The notes under the pieces are model-generated. The model made no database searches. It was given only the letters and a program-made list of their open reading frames with translations, and was not told where the DNA came from. The position numbers and the translations under genes are program-made. This document shows positions 1 to 9,595 of a stretch of DNA of 37,543 bases, piece after piece. Source of the stretch: a virus (lineage: Duplodnaviria > Caudoviricetes); IMG/VR virus record IMGVR_UViG_3300030708_004113, positions 1-37,543 of that record. One strand, given 5' to 3'. Each line of letters begins with the position of its first letter. Within the stretch, counting starts at the first letter, position 1.

Positions 1-108
1 GAAATTCCAGCAGTTTCTCCGCTTCATTGTTCAATTAATTCTTTTTTCGATAAAAATGTAGAACAGAGAGACCTTACAGTTAATATTACCAAAGCCATAG
101 CAAGTTAG
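1..108 (+). CDS. 3' end of an upstream gene (partial, unknown product)
   Basis: Frame 1 is open from base 1 to TAG at 106-108 (EIPAVSPLH...KAIAS); the other two + frames stop earlier. Confidence 0.4.
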   Translation, partial: EIPAVSPLHCSINSFFDKNVEQRDLTVNITKAIAS

Positions 109-130
109 TTAAATTATTAAAATAGATCAA

Positions 131-859
131 ATGAGTGAACAAGTGAGTGAGCGTTTCATTGCAAGTTTTGATTTCGATGTTGCATTGTTATCTGAAGCTG
201 AATTTTTGGAAATGATCGCTGCCGCTGAACTGCGAAATAGTGGACAAATTAACACAAGCATGGCTCTTGGTGAGGCTATTTTTAATATAGCTAGTGACAC
301 CTCTTATAAATCCTATTTAGAAATAGGAACATGGAAGGGGACAGGTAGCACAAAATGTTTTCTTGATGCATTGTTACCGAGAGACGATAACTGGTCCTTT
401 TATTCACTTGAGTCCGACCCAAGTTTTTACAATCAAGCTATTAATTTTTGGTCAGACGTAGAAAAAAACCCTAAAGTTAATCTTTTGCTTGGAAGGATTA
501 TTGACGAAGACGAATTGATAGACATCAACAATCTTAAAAAGCAAGACGCATTCAGAGAGGAATATCCTATCTGGAAACAAAAAGATCTTAATAATTATCG
601 GCAGGTTGAAAACGTGGCGCATTTATTGCCTGATTTTTTTGACGTTATTTTTCTAGATGGAGGTGAATTTTCAACTTTGGCAGAGTTTCATAAACTTAAA
701 AACAAATGTTCTGTCTTTATCTTAGATGATACTAACGAACTAAAAACAAAAGAATGCCAACGCATTCTAGAAGAGTCTCAAGATTGGATCTCATATCAAA
801 GAGGTGATTTTGATAGACATGGTTATAGCATTTACAAAAGATATGAAAGTAGCATTTAA
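131..859 (+). CDS. Class I SAM-dependent methyltransferase (Methyltransf_24-like, probably sugar O-methylation)
   Basis: Motif I YLEIGTWKGTGST, acidic SLESD after strand 2, and FDVIFLDGG; sits next to NDP-sugar genes. Confidence 0.7.
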   Translation: MSEQVSERFIASFDFDVALLSEAEFLEMIAAAELRNSGQINTSMALGEAIFNIASDTSYKSYLEIGTWKGTGSTKCFLDALLPRDDNWSFYSLESDPSFYNQAINFWSDVEKNPKVNLLLGRIIDEDELIDINNLKKQDAFREEYPIWKQKDLNNYRQVENVAHLLPDFFDVIFLDGGEFSTLAEFHKLKNKCSVFILDDTNELKTKECQRILEESQDWISYQRGDFDRHGYSIYKRYESSI

Positions 860-1955
860 TAATTTAAATGCTCAATGGGAACTCATTAAGCACAACTCCC
901 TAAAACAAATAGATAAACTGTTTGAAAACAGTGATTTTATTTTAGGTGGCGCTGTAAGTGATTTTGAGGAAGACTTCGCTACTTACATAGGTTGTAGATA
1001 TTCTGTAGGAGTCTCTAATGGAACAGATGCCCTGAAGTTATCAGCTTCTGCCCTGAATCTAAAAGGGCGCACGGGAGTGATAATTCCCGCTAACACATTT
1101 GTAGCGACCATCCTTGGCTTAGAGCAGGGTTTTGGTAATGCAGACTTTATTCTAACTGACTGTGACGACTACCACCAGATGGATATTTCTAAATTGATAT
1201 CCTTGGTATCTGAAGCAAGATCAGACTATGACAATTTAGTTATCGTTCCTGTTCACCTATATGGCTATAGCTGTAACATGGAGGCAATACAGGATATTGC
1301 TACAGAATATGATTGCATAATTCTGGAAGACGCTTCTCAATCCCATGGTGCATTATTTAAGCAGTGCAAAACGGGATCTTTTGGCAAAGTTTCAGCCTTC
1401 TCTCTTTACCCTGGAAAGAACTTAGGCGGGGCAGGAGATGCAGGAGTAATTACCACTAATGATACAGATATTTATAACCGTTTAAAAAACCTCAGAAATT
1501 TAGGGTCAGACAAAAAATACATTCATACAGAAAAAGGATACAATCACCGACTCGACACAATCCAAGCTATCATCCTAAAAGAAAAATTAAAACACTTAGA
1601 CTACTGGAACGAAAGCAGAAGGAAGATTGTCTCTCACTATGAAGCAGCTATTGACAACAGCTTTGTAAAATTACCCCTTAATCCAGATAATTGCACACCA
1701 GTTCATCATGTTTATCCTGTTTTAGTAGAAGACAGAGAGAAATTTCAGAATCATTTAGACTCTTATAATATCCAACATGGAATTCATTACCCTATTCTTA
1801 TAGAAAAAATGCCCATGTATAAAGACTTGAAAGGTCAACCTAACTCCAAAGCACTAAGTTTTAGCCATCAAATGGTAAGCTTACCAATTCACCCTTTTAT
1901 GGATATCGAAGAGGTTGAATACATGTGTCACTCAATCAACCAGTATCAATATTAG
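843..1955 (+). CDS. DegT/DnrJ/EryC1/StrS PLP-dependent sugar aminotransferase
   Basis: Motifs VSNGTDAL, PANTFVAT, PVHLYG, EDASQSHGA, FSLYPGKNLGGAGDAG (PLP lysine), SLPIHP. Start moved to ATG 843 (MKVAFNNL), which overlaps the upstream gene end. Confidence 0.93.
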   Translation: MKVAFNNLNAQWELIKHNSLKQIDKLFENSDFILGGAVSDFEEDFATYIGCRYSVGVSNGTDALKLSASALNLKGRTGVIIPANTFVATILGLEQGFGNADFILTDCDDYHQMDISKLISLVSEARSDYDNLVIVPVHLYGYSCNMEAIQDIATEYDCIILEDASQSHGALFKQCKTGSFGKVSAFSLYPGKNLGGAGDAGVITTNDTDIYNRLKNLRNLGSDKKYIHTEKGYNHRLDTIQAIILKEKLKHLDYWNESRRKIVSHYEAAIDNSFVKLPLNPDNCTPVHHVYPVLVEDREKFQNHLDSYNIQHGIHYPILIEKMPMYKDLKGQPNSKALSFSHQMVSLPIHPFMDIEEVEYMCHSINQYQY

Positions 1956-1956
1956 T

Positions 1957-2865
1957 ATGAAAATTTTAATCACAGGAGCGAATGGCTTTTTGGGCCACCA
2001 CTTAGTTAAACAATTAAAGGATAAGCATCAGCTACTTACTCCAACAAGTGTAGAGCTAAACGTATCAGATATAGATGATCTTCACGATTACATCTCTTCG
2101 AATGGCCCAAACATTATCATTCACCTAGCAGCCGTTTGTGGAGGGATTGGTGCGAATCAAGAATCTCCCGCCGATTTCTTTCTTCATAACTCTTTAATGA
2201 GTTTAAATATTTTATCAGCTTCAAGTTATTACAACATAGAAAAACTTATTACCTTAGGCAGTGTTTGTTCTTATCCAAAGTTTACCCCAGTTCCGTTTAA
2301 GGAGGAAGATCTATGGAATGGTTATCCAGAGGAAACAAATGCCCCTTATGGAATCGCCAAGAAAAATCTTTTAGTGGGATGTCAGGCTTATCATGACCAA
2401 TACGCTAGAAACTTCATTCATTTAATCCCTGTTAACATGTATGGAGAGCACGACAACTTCAACCCTGACAGTTCTCATGTCATCCCTGCTTTGTTGAAAA
2501 AATTTATAGAAGCAAAAGAAACAGGAGAAGCGTCAGTGGAGGTGTGGGGTGATGGGTCTGCATCTCGCGAGTTCCTTTATGCTGGTGACTGTGCTAAAGC
2601 TATCGAACTTGCAATGGATAACTATAACTCGCCCAAACCAATCAACATTGGGACGGGGCAAGAAATATCAATCAAAAATCTTGTTTATTTAATTAAGGAT
2701 ATAGTAGGATTCAAAGGGGAGATCGTGTTTGATCCCACCAAACCTAATGGCCAACCCCGCAGGTGCTTAGACACTTCAAAAGCAGAAAAAGAATTTAACT
2801 TTAAGGCATCAACGAGTCTTGAGGATGGTCTACTTAAAACTTATAACTGGTATATCAATTCATGA
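1957..2865 (+). CDS. fcl: GDP-L-fucose synthase (GDP-4-keto-6-deoxymannose epimerase/reductase)
   Basis: ILITGANGFLG Rossmann motif, HLAAVCGGIGAN, GSVCSYPK, YGIAKK (YxxxK), SHVIPAL, WGDGSASREFLY, KPNGQPRR. Start set at ATG 1957. Confidence 0.95.
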   Translation: MKILITGANGFLGHHLVKQLKDKHQLLTPTSVELNVSDIDDLHDYISSNGPNIIIHLAAVCGGIGANQESPADFFLHNSLMSLNILSASSYYNIEKLITLGSVCSYPKFTPVPFKEEDLWNGYPEETNAPYGIAKKNLLVGCQAYHDQYARNFIHLIPVNMYGEHDNFNPDSSHVIPALLKKFIEAKETGEASVEVWGDGSASREFLYAGDCAKAIELAMDNYNSPKPINIGTGQEISIKNLVYLIKDIVGFKGEIVFDPTKPNGQPRRCLDTSKAEKEFNFKASTSLEDGLLKTYNWYINS

Positions 2866-3908
2866 AGAAAATATTAATCACTGGGGTGACGGGTCAAGAC
2901 GGAAGTTTGATGGCAGACTATCTCCTAAAAAATACAGAACACTCTATTATAGGAGGAGTTAGACGCTTAAGTGTCAAGAACCACATTAATATTGAACATT
3001 TACTTGAAAATCCCCGTTTCTTTCTAATTGATTTAGATGTTACCGATTCTCAAAATGTGGATAAAGTTGTTGAAGAACATAAGCCCGATTATTTTATTAA
3101 TTTTGCAGCAAACTCTTTTGTGGGTTGTAGCTGGGATATGCCCCACAACCACATGCAGACAAACTGTATGGCGGTTTTAAATCAACTAGAGTCCATTCGT
3201 CGCCACGCTCCACATTGTCGATATTACAACGCAGGAAGCTCTGAGGAGTTTGGAGATGTTGTAACTGTCCCACAGAATGAGGAGCATCCGTTACGCCCTA
3301 GAAGCCCTTATGGAGCCTCTAAATGTGCCGCTAGACACTTAGTGAAGGTATATAGGGATTCCTACGACCTCTATGCAGTGCAAGGTTGGCTTTTTAACCA
3401 TGAAGGAGTTCGTCGTGGGGAAGAATTTGTAACCAGAAAGATCACAAAAAATGTTGCCAGAATCTTGAAAGAGTTCGAACAAGGAAAAGAAATAACCCCC
3501 CTTGAATTGGGAAATCTAGATGCCAAAAGGGACTGGAGCGATGCGGAGGATTTTGTAAGTGGCATCTGGCGAATGCTAAACCAAGACAGGGAAAAGCCTA
3601 AAGATTATGTTTTATCGTCTAATGAAACTCACACTATTAGAGAGTTTGTTGTAGAGGCGTTTAACTTTGCAGGTTTCCATAGAAGCATTTGCGAGTGGCG
3701 TGGCGAAGGACTAGATGAGAAATATTTTCATGGCAAAGACTGCTTTGTTAGAATTAATAAAGATTTTTATCGTCCTGCTGAAGTTGATTTATTATGGGGA
3801 GATTCAACGAAAGCTCGCGAAGAGTTAGGGTGGACCCCCAAGTCTAGCTTTATTCAGCTTGTTAAAAAAATGGTTGACAGGGACACAGCATCTGTTATGT
3901 ATCCATAG
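2862..3908 (+). CDS. gmd: GDP-mannose 4,6-dehydratase
   Basis: ITGVTGQDGS, AGSSEEFG, PRSPYGASK, LFNHEG, RGEEFVTRKIT, LGNLDAKRDW, RPAEVDLLWGD. Confidence 0.96.
   Translation: MKKILITGVTGQDGSLMADYLLKNTEHSIIGGVRRLSVKNHINIEHLLENPRFFLIDLDVTDSQNVDKVVEEHKPDYFINFAANSFVGCSWDMPHNHMQTNCMAVLNQLESIRRHAPHCRYYNAGSSEEFGDVVTVPQNEEHPLRPRSPYGASKCAARHLVKVYRDSYDLYAVQGWLFNHEGVRRGEEFVTRKITKNVARILKEFEQGKEITPLELGNLDAKRDWSDAEDFVSGIWRMLNQDREKPKDYVLSSNETHTIREFVVEAFNFAGFHRSICEWRGEGLDEKYFHGKDCFVRINKDFYRPAEVDLLWGDSTKAREELGWTPKSSFIQLVKKMVDRDTASVMYP
3874..3908 (+). promoter_or_regulatory. Putative sigma70-like promoter inside the gmd 3' end, leaderless for the GTG at 3908
   Basis: A-tract, then TTGACA (3874-3879), 16 nt, TATGTA (weak -10), 6 nt, GTG. 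Confidence 0.35.
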
Positions 3909-4255
3909 TGGCAAAGTCTAAAGGTCCGAACAAAAGACATATTATTTTTCGCTTATTGGAAGTTCCCGATAAGGGTAGGCGACCTTTTTTCGCTAGAGAA
4001 ATGAAGCTCTTAAATGATCTTTGTGAGCGTTATTCTTTAGAATTTATGAATATTGTCGATTTTGGTAGAAAATTTGATTCATTGACATATCTTACTAGCG
4101 TTAAGCTAAAAGAAGCTCTTGACCAAAAATTCAGAGCTTTCAATTTTAGGGTTGATCTATCCAAATACGAAGTCTACAATATCGGAGACAAAGTAGGGGA
4201 AGATGCTGTTATCCCCCCCAAAAACAAAACAATAAAAGATTTTTTAGATGAGTAA
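3908..4255 (+). CDS. Hypothetical protein (115 aa)
   Basis: GTG start overlaps the gmd stop; its end overlaps the recA start; no motif recognised. Confidence 0.75.
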   Translation: MAKSKGPNKRHIIFRLLEVPDKGRRPFFAREMKLLNDLCERYSLEFMNIVDFGRKFDSLTYLTSVKLKEALDQKFRAFNFRVDLSKYEVYNIGDKVGEDAVIPPKNKTIKDFLDE

Positions 4256-5360
4256 CACTGTAAATCCCGAAGACATCCTTGGTAACTACCTAAAGGCAAA
4301 CAAAGACGATCACTACAATTTTGAAGAGACCGTGGAATATAAAGTCTCAAGCGGATCATTGCAGCTAGACCTGTATTTGGCGGGTGGGTTTGGACCTGGG
4401 TTACATCGCTTTACAGGTGTCAATGAAGGTGGGAAAACCTCTGAATCTCTTCAAGTAATGAAGAACTTTCTTGGGACGCTCGACAAATCAAGGGGTCTTT
4501 ACATCAAGGCCGAAGGGAGACTCGGGCCTGAAGTTCAAGAGAGATCTGGAGTAAAGTTTGTTTTTACCCCAGAGGAATGGGTGGATGGAACCTGTTTTGT
4601 GTTTGAGAGTAATATTTATGAAACAGCAATGGGTCTCATTCGCCAGCTTATCACAAATAATGAGGAAAAGATTAAATATTGTTTTATATTGGACTCTGTA
4701 GACGGGCTGATTAGAAAAGATGACTTGGGAAAGAATTTTGATGAGAGTGGTAAGGTTGCGGGGGGAGCAGTTATTGCTTCTGATTTTTGTAAAAAAACAA
4801 GCACTGCACTAGGAAAGCGTGGACACATGGCAATATTTATCAGCCAAGTTAGAGCAGACATAAAACTTGACCCATACTCGAAATCCCCTGTGCGTCAAAC
4901 TACAGCAACAGGAGGAAACGCGCTCCTGCACTTCGCCAATAACATTATGGAGTTTGAGCCTCGATTTAAAGGGGATCTAATACTTAAAAATCCCTCTGTT
5001 AAAACGATGGATACCAAGAAAAACCCTATCATTGGCCATCACGCAAAAGTAACAATTAAAAAATCCGCTCACGAAAACACCAACACTACAATTTCCTACC
5101 CTATTCGTTATGGTCGAACTGGTGGAACATCCATATGGATTGAAAAAGAAGTTATTGACCTTCTATATGCTTGGGAATTTGTAGAAAAAAAGGGAGCATG
5201 GATTAAACCTAGCGATGACTTTAAACAACTGCTTGAATCTCAAAATCTAGAGTTTCCTGATAAAATACAAGGAGACAACAATCTCTTTAAAACAGTTGAA
5301 GAAAACTCTGATCTCTGCAAATTTTTAATAGATTATTTTAAGGAAGAAATAGGGGCATGA
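4248..5360 (+). CDS. recA: RecA/UvsX-like recombinase
   Basis: VSSGSLQLDLYLAGG, Walker A GVNEGGKTS, IKAEG (catalytic Glu), Walker B ILDSV, FISQVR, TGGNALLHFA, KKGAW near the C-terminus. Confidence 0.9.
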   Translation: MSNTVNPEDILGNYLKANKDDHYNFEETVEYKVSSGSLQLDLYLAGGFGPGLHRFTGVNEGGKTSESLQVMKNFLGTLDKSRGLYIKAEGRLGPEVQERSGVKFVFTPEEWVDGTCFVFESNIYETAMGLIRQLITNNEEKIKYCFILDSVDGLIRKDDLGKNFDESGKVAGGAVIASDFCKKTSTALGKRGHMAIFISQVRADIKLDPYSKSPVRQTTATGGNALLHFANNIMEFEPRFKGDLILKNPSVKTMDTKKNPIIGHHAKVTIKKSAHENTNTTISYPIRYGRTGGTSIWIEKEVIDLLYAWEFVEKKGAWIKPSDDFKQLLESQNLEFPDKIQGDNNLFKTVEENSDLCKFLIDYFKEEIGA

Positions 5361-5764
5361 AGTTTATTGACGAATACGGCAAAGAAAGAAACCTTAAAAA
5401 CGCAAAAAAATATTTAATAGATTGGGATAAGCCGAGTCGCAGTAAATTTCAAACGGCTGTAAAAAAATTTCTATTTCCGTATTGGAAAAACGACATTGTT
5501 TTTGAAGAGTTTCGGGTTGCAGGAAGTCGGCTGACTCTTGATTTTTACAACGCTAATAAAAAAATAGCTGTAGAAGTTCAGGGGGCGCAACACACAAAGT
5601 TTGTCAAGTTCTTTCACAAGAACCGCTTTAAATATTCCGATCAATTAAAAAGGGATCAAAAAAAGTTTGACTTCTGTCAGGCGAACGATATAAAGTTGGC
5701 AGAGGTCTACCCAAACGACACTATTACAGCTTCACTATTTAATGATCAGGAGATATACTTATGA
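5357..5764 (+). CDS. PD-(D/E)XK endonuclease (DUF559/Vsr-like)
   Basis: EEF...LTLDFY...IAVEVQGAQH...RDQKKFDFCQANDIKL pattern. Confidence 0.75.
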   Translation: MKFIDEYGKERNLKNAKKYLIDWDKPSRSKFQTAVKKFLFPYWKNDIVFEEFRVAGSRLTLDFYNANKKIAVEVQGAQHTKFVKFFHKNRFKYSDQLKRDQKKFDFCQANDIKLAEVYPNDTITASLFNDQEIYL

Positions 5765-6003
5765 ATTTAGAGGATCAAGACGATAACGAGTTTTCCCTTC
5801 CTACAGAAATGGTTGATAACCTTTACGAGTTGTCTGGTGGCCCCGATAAGTATAAAGGTGTTATCATTGCTGTTTCCTCAGAAAACGGAAAGCCACTCGT
5901 TTATACAAAATTTGATTGTGGCATGACTGAACTAGCCCTAGTTAAAACACTAGAGGATTATATAAGAAGTATGCAGGAGGAGAGAAAGGCTCAATCAGAA
6001 TGA
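5761..6003 (+). CDS. Hypothetical acidic protein (80 aa)
   Basis: ATGA overlaps at both ends; no motif recognised. Confidence 0.75.
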   Translation: MNLEDQDDNEFSLPTEMVDNLYELSGGPDKYKGVIIAVSSENGKPLVYTKFDCGMTELALVKTLEDYIRSMQEERKAQSE

Positions 6004-7517
6004 TCTATAACCTAGAGCTAGAAAAACAGCTATTGGCGGGTCTTCTTAAAGACCCCGAAAGTTTTGCTGAGATCTCAAATTTTATTGATACTTCAGATTT
6101 TTATTCTGAGCAAAGCCCACTTAACTCAACAATTTTCCGCATCATTCAACAAGCCTTGAATGGTGGCGATGAGGTAGATGAAATAATCATCGCACAAAGA
6201 GTAAACGAGGTGGGACTCTCCTTTGAGGATAATTTAAATCCATCTGATTACATTAAATCTTTAACCTTAAGAAAGGTTCCTGTAGGAAATACAGTTAAAA
6301 CTGCCAAAGAATTAAAAAAGTATTCTATTAGAAGGGAAATACTTCAATCTTCGCAGGAGATTGCAAAAAAAATGAAGAACATACCTCCTGATGCATCTTA
6401 CAGGAGTATTGTTGAATCGGCTGACACAATCTATAATTCACGGATCAACCTCTACGAGCTTGGAAATGACACTCCTCAAAATATCTATGAGGAAATGGAG
6501 TCCCTAGTCGAAGAAAGGGGCAACAATCCTCTTACAGAGTTTGGGATGATGGGTCCACATCCAAAAGTGAATGATATTTACGGCTCGCTTCTTCGCGCTG
6601 GCAATATTACCGTTATTGTGGCTCGGTCAGGAGTTGGTAAAACAAATTTCTGCATGGACTACTGCACTAAAGTAAGCCTTAAATATGATGCTCCCGTCCT
6701 CCATTTTGATAATGGTGAGATGAGCAAAGAGGAGCTTATCATGCGACAATGTGCAGCCTTATCAGGAGTTCCCATGCATCTACTGGAAAGTGGCAAATGG
6801 AGACAGTCAGGCGAAACTGTAGTCAATAAGGTCAGGAGCGTTTGGAATAAAGTAAAAGACTTAAAGTTTTACTACTATAATGTGGGAGGCATGGATGTAG
6901 ACTCTATGGTCAACACCCTTAAAAGGTTCTACTATTCCAAGGTGGGAAGAGGTAATAAGATGATTTTCTCTTTTGATTATATCAAAACGACCTCAGAGAA
7001 CATCGCCAATAAGTCAGAGTGGCAGGTGGTAGGCGAAATGGTAGATAAGTTTAAGAAATGCGTTCAAAAAGAAATCTTATGGGAAGGAGAGCCAATCATT
7101 CCAATGATTACATCTGTCCAATCAAATAGATACGGGATCACAAACAACAGAACAGCACAAACTATAGTAGACGACGAATCCATCGTCTCCCTGTCAGACA
7201 GAATCACTCAGTTCTGCTCTCATATGTTTATTTTGAGAAACAAAACTGCTGATGAAATTGAAGTTGAGGGGCAAAGATTTGGAACGCATAAACTTATCAA
7301 CGTTAAGGCTCGGCACCTTGGTGACGATATTGCTGGCGCAATAGAACCCGTAAGAGTTGGTGATAGCCTTCGTAAAAATGCTATAAATTTAGATTTTAAT
7401 AATTTTAATATTAGCGAATGTGGCGATTTGCGAGATATAGCAAGAGTGTTGAATGGCGAGGAGGATTTAGACAGTGATGGACGACAAGAAACAATACCAG
7501 ACTTCGGTGAGTTCTGA
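6000..7517 (+). CDS. dnaB: Replicative DNA helicase, DnaB family
   Basis: N-terminal NLELEKQLLAGLL...DFY domain, Walker A ARSGVGKT, NGEMS, Walker B FDYI, VQSNR, VKARH. Confidence 0.9.
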   Translation: MIYNLELEKQLLAGLLKDPESFAEISNFIDTSDFYSEQSPLNSTIFRIIQQALNGGDEVDEIIIAQRVNEVGLSFEDNLNPSDYIKSLTLRKVPVGNTVKTAKELKKYSIRREILQSSQEIAKKMKNIPPDASYRSIVESADTIYNSRINLYELGNDTPQNIYEEMESLVEERGNNPLTEFGMMGPHPKVNDIYGSLLRAGNITVIVARSGVGKTNFCMDYCTKVSLKYDAPVLHFDNGEMSKEELIMRQCAALSGVPMHLLESGKWRQSGETVVNKVRSVWNKVKDLKFYYYNVGGMDVDSMVNTLKRFYYSKVGRGNKMIFSFDYIKTTSENIANKSEWQVVGEMVDKFKKCVQKEILWEGEPIIPMITSVQSNRYGITNNRTAQTIVDDESIVSLSDRITQFCSHMFILRNKTADEIEVEGQRFGTHKLINVKARHLGDDIAGAIEPVRVGDSLRKNAINLDFNNFNISECGDLRDIARVLNGEEDLDSDGRQETIPDFGEF

Positions 7518-8544
7518 GGATTTCCAAGGACTCTTGGAGTCTTTAGGATACAAACTGATTGACTGTGGCGACCACTGGAGAAGCTCTGCTCTTTATAGAG
7601 AGGGAGATAATCCAACTGCTTTAAAAATCTATAAAGACACGGGTGTATGGATGGATTTTGTGCAAGATAAAGGATGCAAGCCTTTTGAAGCGCTAATTAA
7701 GCTTACAGTAAAAGACCCTAAGCAACTATCTGAAATTTTAGGTAGAACCAAGACGGAAAACTTACCATCTTATACTCCTAAAAAACTAAATCAGATGGAT
7801 AGGGTGTATCCCGAATCTTCACTAGATAAACTTTTTTCTAATTATCATTTTTATTGTAAGCGCAATATTTCTGAGCAAACTCAAAAATCTTTTAAAGCTG
7901 GACTTGCGGGAGTCGGAAAGATGTATAGAAGGATGGTCTTTCCTATATACAATGAACATCATCAAATTGTTGGCTTTTCTGGCAGAAAGGTTGACGATGA
8001 TAACAACTATCCAAAATGGAAGCATATAGGACGTAGAAACAATTGGGTTTATCCAGCATTCACCAAAGGAAATGAAGTGGATGATAATATTAATTCAAAA
8101 AAACAAGTTATTTTAGTAGAAAGTATAGGCGATGCAATGGCTCTTTACGAACAAGGTATTAAAAATGTGCTGGTCATGTTTGGCCTATCTGTTAACGCTA
8201 ACATTATTAGCTATCTTAGTAGCAAGTCTATTTGCTCTATATGCATTTCAACAAATAATGATCAAGGCAGTGGGGAAAATAGAGGACTTATCGCAGCGAT
8301 AAAAACATTTATTAAATTATCTTCTTATTTCGACCTAGACAGATTAATTGTAAAATTTCCACCAAAACCCTATAATGATTTTGGTGACGCTCATTTAGAT
8401 GGGTATGATTTTAAGAAAAATTGGCTTGAGAAAGAACACAATCAAGTTAAACAGCTAGACTATATCTGTAATTTCGTTAAAAATAATACCTCACGCTTCA
8501 CTAAAAAAGAAATTAAGACCGCCTTAATGCTTAGTGATGCCTGA
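7474..8544 (+). CDS. dnaG: DNA primase, DnaG/TOPRIM type (exact start uncertain)
   Basis: RRMVFPIYN...IVGFSGR...PKWKH, TOPRIM VILVESIGDAMAL, YNDFGD; directly follows dnaB. Confidence 0.85.
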   Translation: MMDDKKQYQTSVSSEDFQGLLESLGYKLIDCGDHWRSSALYREGDNPTALKIYKDTGVWMDFVQDKGCKPFEALIKLTVKDPKQLSEILGRTKTENLPSYTPKKLNQMDRVYPESSLDKLFSNYHFYCKRNISEQTQKSFKAGLAGVGKMYRRMVFPIYNEHHQIVGFSGRKVDDDNNYPKWKHIGRRNNWVYPAFTKGNEVDDNINSKKQVILVESIGDAMALYEQGIKNVLVMFGLSVNANIISYLSSKSICSICISTNNDQGSGENRGLIAAIKTFIKLSSYFDLDRLIVKFPPKPYNDFGDAHLDGYDFKKNWLEKEHNQVKQLDYICNFVKNNTSRFTKKEIKTALMLSDA

Positions 8545-9562
8545 TCCTCAAACACCTCTTTCGGCCAGCAGAATAAAAACAGCACAGTCCTGCGCGTGGC
8601 TTTACTGGTGTAAGTATAAGTTAAATCTTCCCGAAAAGAGCAATGATGGAGCCAGAAGGGGTTCTATTTGCCATTTGGTTTTTGAGGTATTGGGTCCAAG
8701 TAGGCGCAAAAAGCACTATGACAAAATCATTAAATCTCAAGATGTCTTTTGTGTTCCATCAATCAAGAGACTAATACTAAAACATGCCACCAAAGAAGGT
8801 GTGGATGATGATGACAACATCACTCTGATTAAGGAGATGATTTACAATGGTCTAACTTATGACTTTTTTGGTGACGATGGCAGTAAACCAACAGAAGAGT
8901 ATTCTGAAAAGGATTTTGAGATAGTAAAAAAAGATGGTGCTATAAAGTATAAAATCAGAGGCTTTATAGATAAATTATTTCTTTATAAAAGAAAAAAATT
9001 CGCCCTTATACGAGATTTTAAAACAAGCAAATCAGTATTCAAAGGCAAGGATGCTACAGACAATTTACAAGATTTAATGTATAGCCTTGCAGTTAAAAAT
9101 CTTTTTCCCGATTACTCTAACAGGGTAAGCGAGTTTTTGTTTTTGAAGTTTGATCTAGATGAAAACTCCAACAACTCAGGAGTGGTGAGAATGAAGCCTT
9201 TAGACTCTGGTGAACTGGAAGGTTTTGAGTTACAGTTATCAGAAATACAACAATACTTAGATAATTTTACAATCAAGGAGGCAAAAAGTAATTTTGCGGC
9301 TCGCCAAGATTTCCCTAAAGACGGTTCATTCAGTGGAAGACTCTTGTGTGGATTTGCCACAAAAAAGGGAGAGCTTAAAAAAGACGGTTCACCAAAGTGG
9401 CATTGCCCCATGAAGTTTGACTTTTTTTATTATGTTATTTACAATTCTTCCAATGAGGTTATTGGATCTTATTTGGAAGACGACTTCGAAGAAAGTCTAG
9501 TTCCTGAGGGTGGCGCTTATGAGATGAAGTATTATGAAGGTTGTCCCGCACATTCTTCTTGA
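8537..9562 (+). CDS. PD-(D/E)XK exonuclease, Cas4/AddB/RecB-like, probably with an Fe-S staple
   Basis: LSASRIKTAQSC, GSICHLVFE, IRGFIDKL, IRDFKTSK, QDLMY; C-terminal cysteines LLCGF, WHCP, GCPAH. Confidence 0.85.
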   Translation: MPDPQTPLSASRIKTAQSCAWLYWCKYKLNLPEKSNDGARRGSICHLVFEVLGPSRRKKHYDKIIKSQDVFCVPSIKRLILKHATKEGVDDDDNITLIKEMIYNGLTYDFFGDDGSKPTEEYSEKDFEIVKKDGAIKYKIRGFIDKLFLYKRKKFALIRDFKTSKSVFKGKDATDNLQDLMYSLAVKNLFPDYSNRVSEFLFLKFDLDENSNNSGVVRMKPLDSGELEGFELQLSEIQQYLDNFTIKEAKSNFAARQDFPKDGSFSGRLLCGFATKKGELKKDGSPKWHCPMKFDFFYYVIYNSSNEVIGSYLEDDFEESLVPEGGAYEMKYYEGCPAHSS

Positions 9563-9595
9563 CAACCTCCAGAGCGGGTTTAAGGTTATACCGAA
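9559..9595 (+). promoter_or_regulatory. Putative leaderless sigma70-like promoter for the polymerase genes
   Basis: TTGACA (9559-9564, overlapping the upstream TGA), 16 nt, TAAGGT (9581-9586), 8 nt, ATG 9595. Confidence 0.5.

Noticed and set aside
131-3908. Bacterial chromosomal O-antigen or capsule locus
   Set aside because: No wzx, wzy, wzz or ABC exporter is present, and the genes run directly into a phage-type replication block on a contig with tail genes.
8537-9562. Cas4-like nuclease as evidence of a CRISPR-Cas system
   Set aside because: No cas1, cas2 or array is present; stand-alone nucleases of this type are usual in phage replication modules.
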